In this document: in pieces, positions 62,091 through 64,000 of the stretch | Position numbering within the stretch: position 1 is the stretch's first letter | Layout: every line of letters starts with the position of its first letter | Assembly: GCA_964196195.1 (NCBI GenBank) | Contig: CAXMSE010000039.1 | Coordinates: 134,761-198,760 of the forward strand | Direction of reading: 5' to 3' | Source of the DNA: an uncultured Gammaproteobacteria bacterium | GTDB taxonomy: Bacteria; Actinomycetota; Acidimicrobiia; Acidimicrobiales; Aldehydirespiratoraceae | DNA length: 64,000 nt | Program-made: the position numbers and the translations under genes | The notes under the pieces: model-generated | Told to the model about the DNA's origin: nothing | What the model saw: only the letters and a program-made list of their open reading frames with translations | The model's database searches: none

Positions 62091-62287
62091 TGGGGCTCCT
62101 GGCGCGCGTTCAGCGCGCGGATATGGGTTCGTGACGCCTCACGCGGTGTGGTGAGGTCGGGATTCTTCGGGGGTTGGTTCACCTTGACCGGAAGAACCAA
62201 CGCCCGTCTGCGAACCCACCAACCGGATGTCCCGGCTGGAGCAGCGCCCAATGGTATCGGATTGTCGACCGATCACCTTGCCCCGTG

Positions 62288-62716
62288 TCAGTTGACCGTG
62301 AACGACCACTCGATCTCTTCGAAAATACCCGGGCGGGCGATCTCCTCGAAGGTGGCCACCGCGCAGTTGGATTCCGATGAGAGATGCTCCACGGGGAGCC
62401 CTTCACGAGGAGCGTAGATGTACTGCTGCAGGCCTTCGACGTGACGGGTCTGGCCGGTGACGTCGACCGGGAAATTGCAGCGGGCATCGGGTGAGATCGT
62501 GAGTTGGACGAGGCGAAACTCGGCGGCGAGATCGATACCCACCTGCTGTTGTTGGAGTACTCCATCGCCGCGGTTGGGGATCAGGGCGTCGATGGCAGGG
62601 TTGTTGATCACTGATACGTCGTCGGTGCCGCTGTTGCCGATCAGGCCGGCCGCGACGAAAAACGCGAGGCCCGCGGCCACGAAGGCAGCCATGACGAGCT
62701 TGTGGCGTCTGTGCAT
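62288..62716 (-). CDS. secreted/membrane-anchored hypothetical protein
   Basis: N-terminal MHRRHKLVMAAFVAAGLAFFVAAGLIG signal/anchor; divergent from the Ser/Thr kinase. The longer 313-aa ORF-track version was rejected. Confidence 0.5.
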   Translation of the reverse strand: MHRRHKLVMAAFVAAGLAFFVAAGLIGNSGTDDVSVINNPAIDALIPNRGDGVLQQQQVGIDLAAEFRLVQLTISPDARCNFPVDVTGQTRHVEGLQQYIYAPREGLPVEHLSSESNCAVATFEEIARPGIFEEIEWSFTVN

Positions 62717-62815
62717 TGGGTTGATCCTGTCAGATGGTGTCGACCGACGGCGGGCCAGGACGCGTCCCGGGGGGGAGTCACCGTCGGTGGTCGGAGGAAC
62801 GGTACCGTTGACACG

Positions 62816-64000
62816 ATGGTCTCCACGTCGCTCGATGGTGAAGTAGGTCGCGTCCTCGGTGGCCGCTACCGCGTCATCGCGCCGATAGGGCGGGGAGCGT
62901 CGGCGAGGGTCTTCCTGGCCGACGACGTCACCTTGCGGCGCCGGGTGGCGGTGAAGGTCCTCCACGAGGGTCTGGCCGCCGACGATGCGTTCCTGCGTCG
63001 GTTCCGCGCCGAGGCCCAGGCCGCTGCCTCCCTCAACAACCCCCACGTACTGGGGGTCTACGATTGGGGCCACGACGAGGTCCCTTATCTGGTCAGCGAG
63101 TATCTGGGCGGCGGCTCCCTGCGATCCATGCTCGACGCGGGTCATCGCCTGTCGTTGTCGCAGGCCCTGCTCGTCGGGCTCGAGTCGGCTCGTGGTCTCG
63201 ATTATGCCCACAGCCAGGACCTCGTGCATCGCGACATCAAGCCGGCCAACCTTCTCTTCGACGAGACCGGCCGTCTACGGATCGCAGATTTCGGCTTGGC
63301 CCGGGCCATCGCGGAAGCCGGCTGGACCGACCAGGACGGATCTCTGGTGGGGACTGCTCGCTATGCCGCACCCGAGCAGGCCCGGGGCGAGCGCGTCGGC
63401 CCGGCCGCAGATGTCTACGCACTCGCATTGGCGATCAACGAATGTGTCACCGGCGAAGTCCCCTTCGCCGGCGACACCGCCATCAGCACCCTCATGGCAC
63501 GAGCCGACACGCCATTCGAGCCCCACCACGATCTCGGGCCTCTCCAGAGCGTCCTACGGCGAGCCGGCGATCTCGACCCCGCCGGGCGCCCATCCGCGGG
63601 TGAGCTGGCCGCCTCGCTCATGGCTTCGGCCGGCGATCTCGCCCGACCCAATCCCCTGCCTCTGGTGGGGCCGGTATTGGGCGACGTCGCCGAGATGGAT
63701 TCCACCCAGCACGGCACCATCCACGCCCTTGGCCCGAGTGATCCCGCCGTCGACTCGGCCGTCGAGTCTGGGCCCCACCGCCGCTGGCCGTGGGCCATCG
63801 TGGCCGCACTCGCGATTACCGCCGGCGTCGTGGCCGGGGCCGTCGGCTGGCTCAACAGTCGGCCGGTGAGCCACGAGATTCCCGAGCTGATCGGCACAAC
63901 CCGCGGTCAGGCCACACTCGATCTGGTCGAGTTCGGCTGGGAGCTCGACTTCCGCAGCACCCGCGAGCCGGGAACCGAAGCGGGTGAGGTGGTGGCCACC
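62816..64000 (+). CDS. PknB-like serine/threonine protein kinase with TM and PASTA domain (partial; continues beyond window end)
   Basis: LGGRYRVIAPIGRGASARVFLADD...VAVKVL (Gly loop and Lys), HRDIKPANLLF, DFGLA, GTARYAAPE; then a TM helix and IPELIGTTRGQATLDL (PASTA start). This frame differs from ORF-track entry 62985..63869. Confidence 0.85.
   Translation, partial: MVSTSLDGEVGRVLGGRYRVIAPIGRGASARVFLADDVTLRRRVAVKVLHEGLAADDAFLRRFRAEAQAAASLNNPHVLGVYDWGHDEVPYLVSEYLGGGSLRSMLDAGHRLSLSQALLVGLESARGLDYAHSQDLVHRDIKPANLLFDETGRLRIADFGLARAIAEAGWTDQDGSLVGTARYAAPEQARGERVGPAADVYALALAINECVTGEVPFAGDTAISTLMARADTPFEPHHDLGPLQSVLRRAGDLDPAGRPSAGELAASLMASAGDLARPNPLPLVGPVLGDVAEMDSTQHGTIHALGPSDPAVDSAVESGPHRRWPWAIVAALAITAGVVAGAVGWLNSRPVSHEIPELIGTTRGQATLDLVEFGWELDFRSTREPGTEAGEVVAT

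Noticed and set aside
62288-63229. 313-aa minus ORF as listed in the track
   Set aside because: Its upstream two-thirds overlap the kinase gene. Only the C-terminal 142 aa (start ATG 62716), with a signal-like N-terminus, is retained.
62985-63869. 294-aa + ORF listed in the track over the kinase region
   Set aside because: It is in the wrong frame. HRDIKPAN, DFG and APE read in the frame that opens at 62696, with the best start at ATG 62816.

Overview
The window is a GC-rich (~68-70%) chromosomal segment that looks actinobacterial: the iscS-mnmA-membrane protein-ligA order, an OtsB-GH15 fusion, a MurA with Asp at the fosfomycin-target Cys position and a type Ic MetAP all point that way. Genes are densely packed on both strands with many 1-4 nt stop/start overlaps (ATGA, GTGA, TGATG). 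I found no rRNA, tRNA, CRISPR array, transposase or integrase; the region looks like core chromosome, not a mobile island.

The main functional blocks I can support are:
- Housekeeping genes: gluQ, hrpB, map, murA, a NifU-like protein, a cysteine desulfurase, mnmA, ligA and a DEAD-box helicase.
- Three large GGDEF-EAL c-di-GMP turnover proteins carrying multi-TM, PAS or GAF sensor modules.
- A Dpp/Opp-type ABC importer whose lipoprotein substrate-binding protein carries a long Gly/Asp microsatellite-encoded linker.
- An NfeD-flotillin pair.
- A tightly coupled five-gene minus-strand operon: standalone cNMP-binding protein, ribokinase, nucleoside hydrolase and two unknown proteins.
- A cell-surface cluster: a DUF1800/DUF1501 pair with DUF1501 fused to three SLH domains, then an SLH-anchored 5'-nucleotidase, plus a third SLH protein about 40 kb away.

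The candidates I rate most worth a second look are the SLH-anchored DUF1800/DUF1501/5'-nucleotidase module, the cNMP-binding-led nucleoside catabolism operon with two unknown genes, an orphan Acetyltransf_5 (OlsB/FeeM-like) N-acyltransferase sitting between c-di-GMP enzymes, and a threonine-dehydratase-like PLP fold-II protein whose Schiff-base lysine is replaced.

I see no hallmark of a canonical defence system. All calls rest on reading motifs in the supplied translations; nothing was searched or computed.
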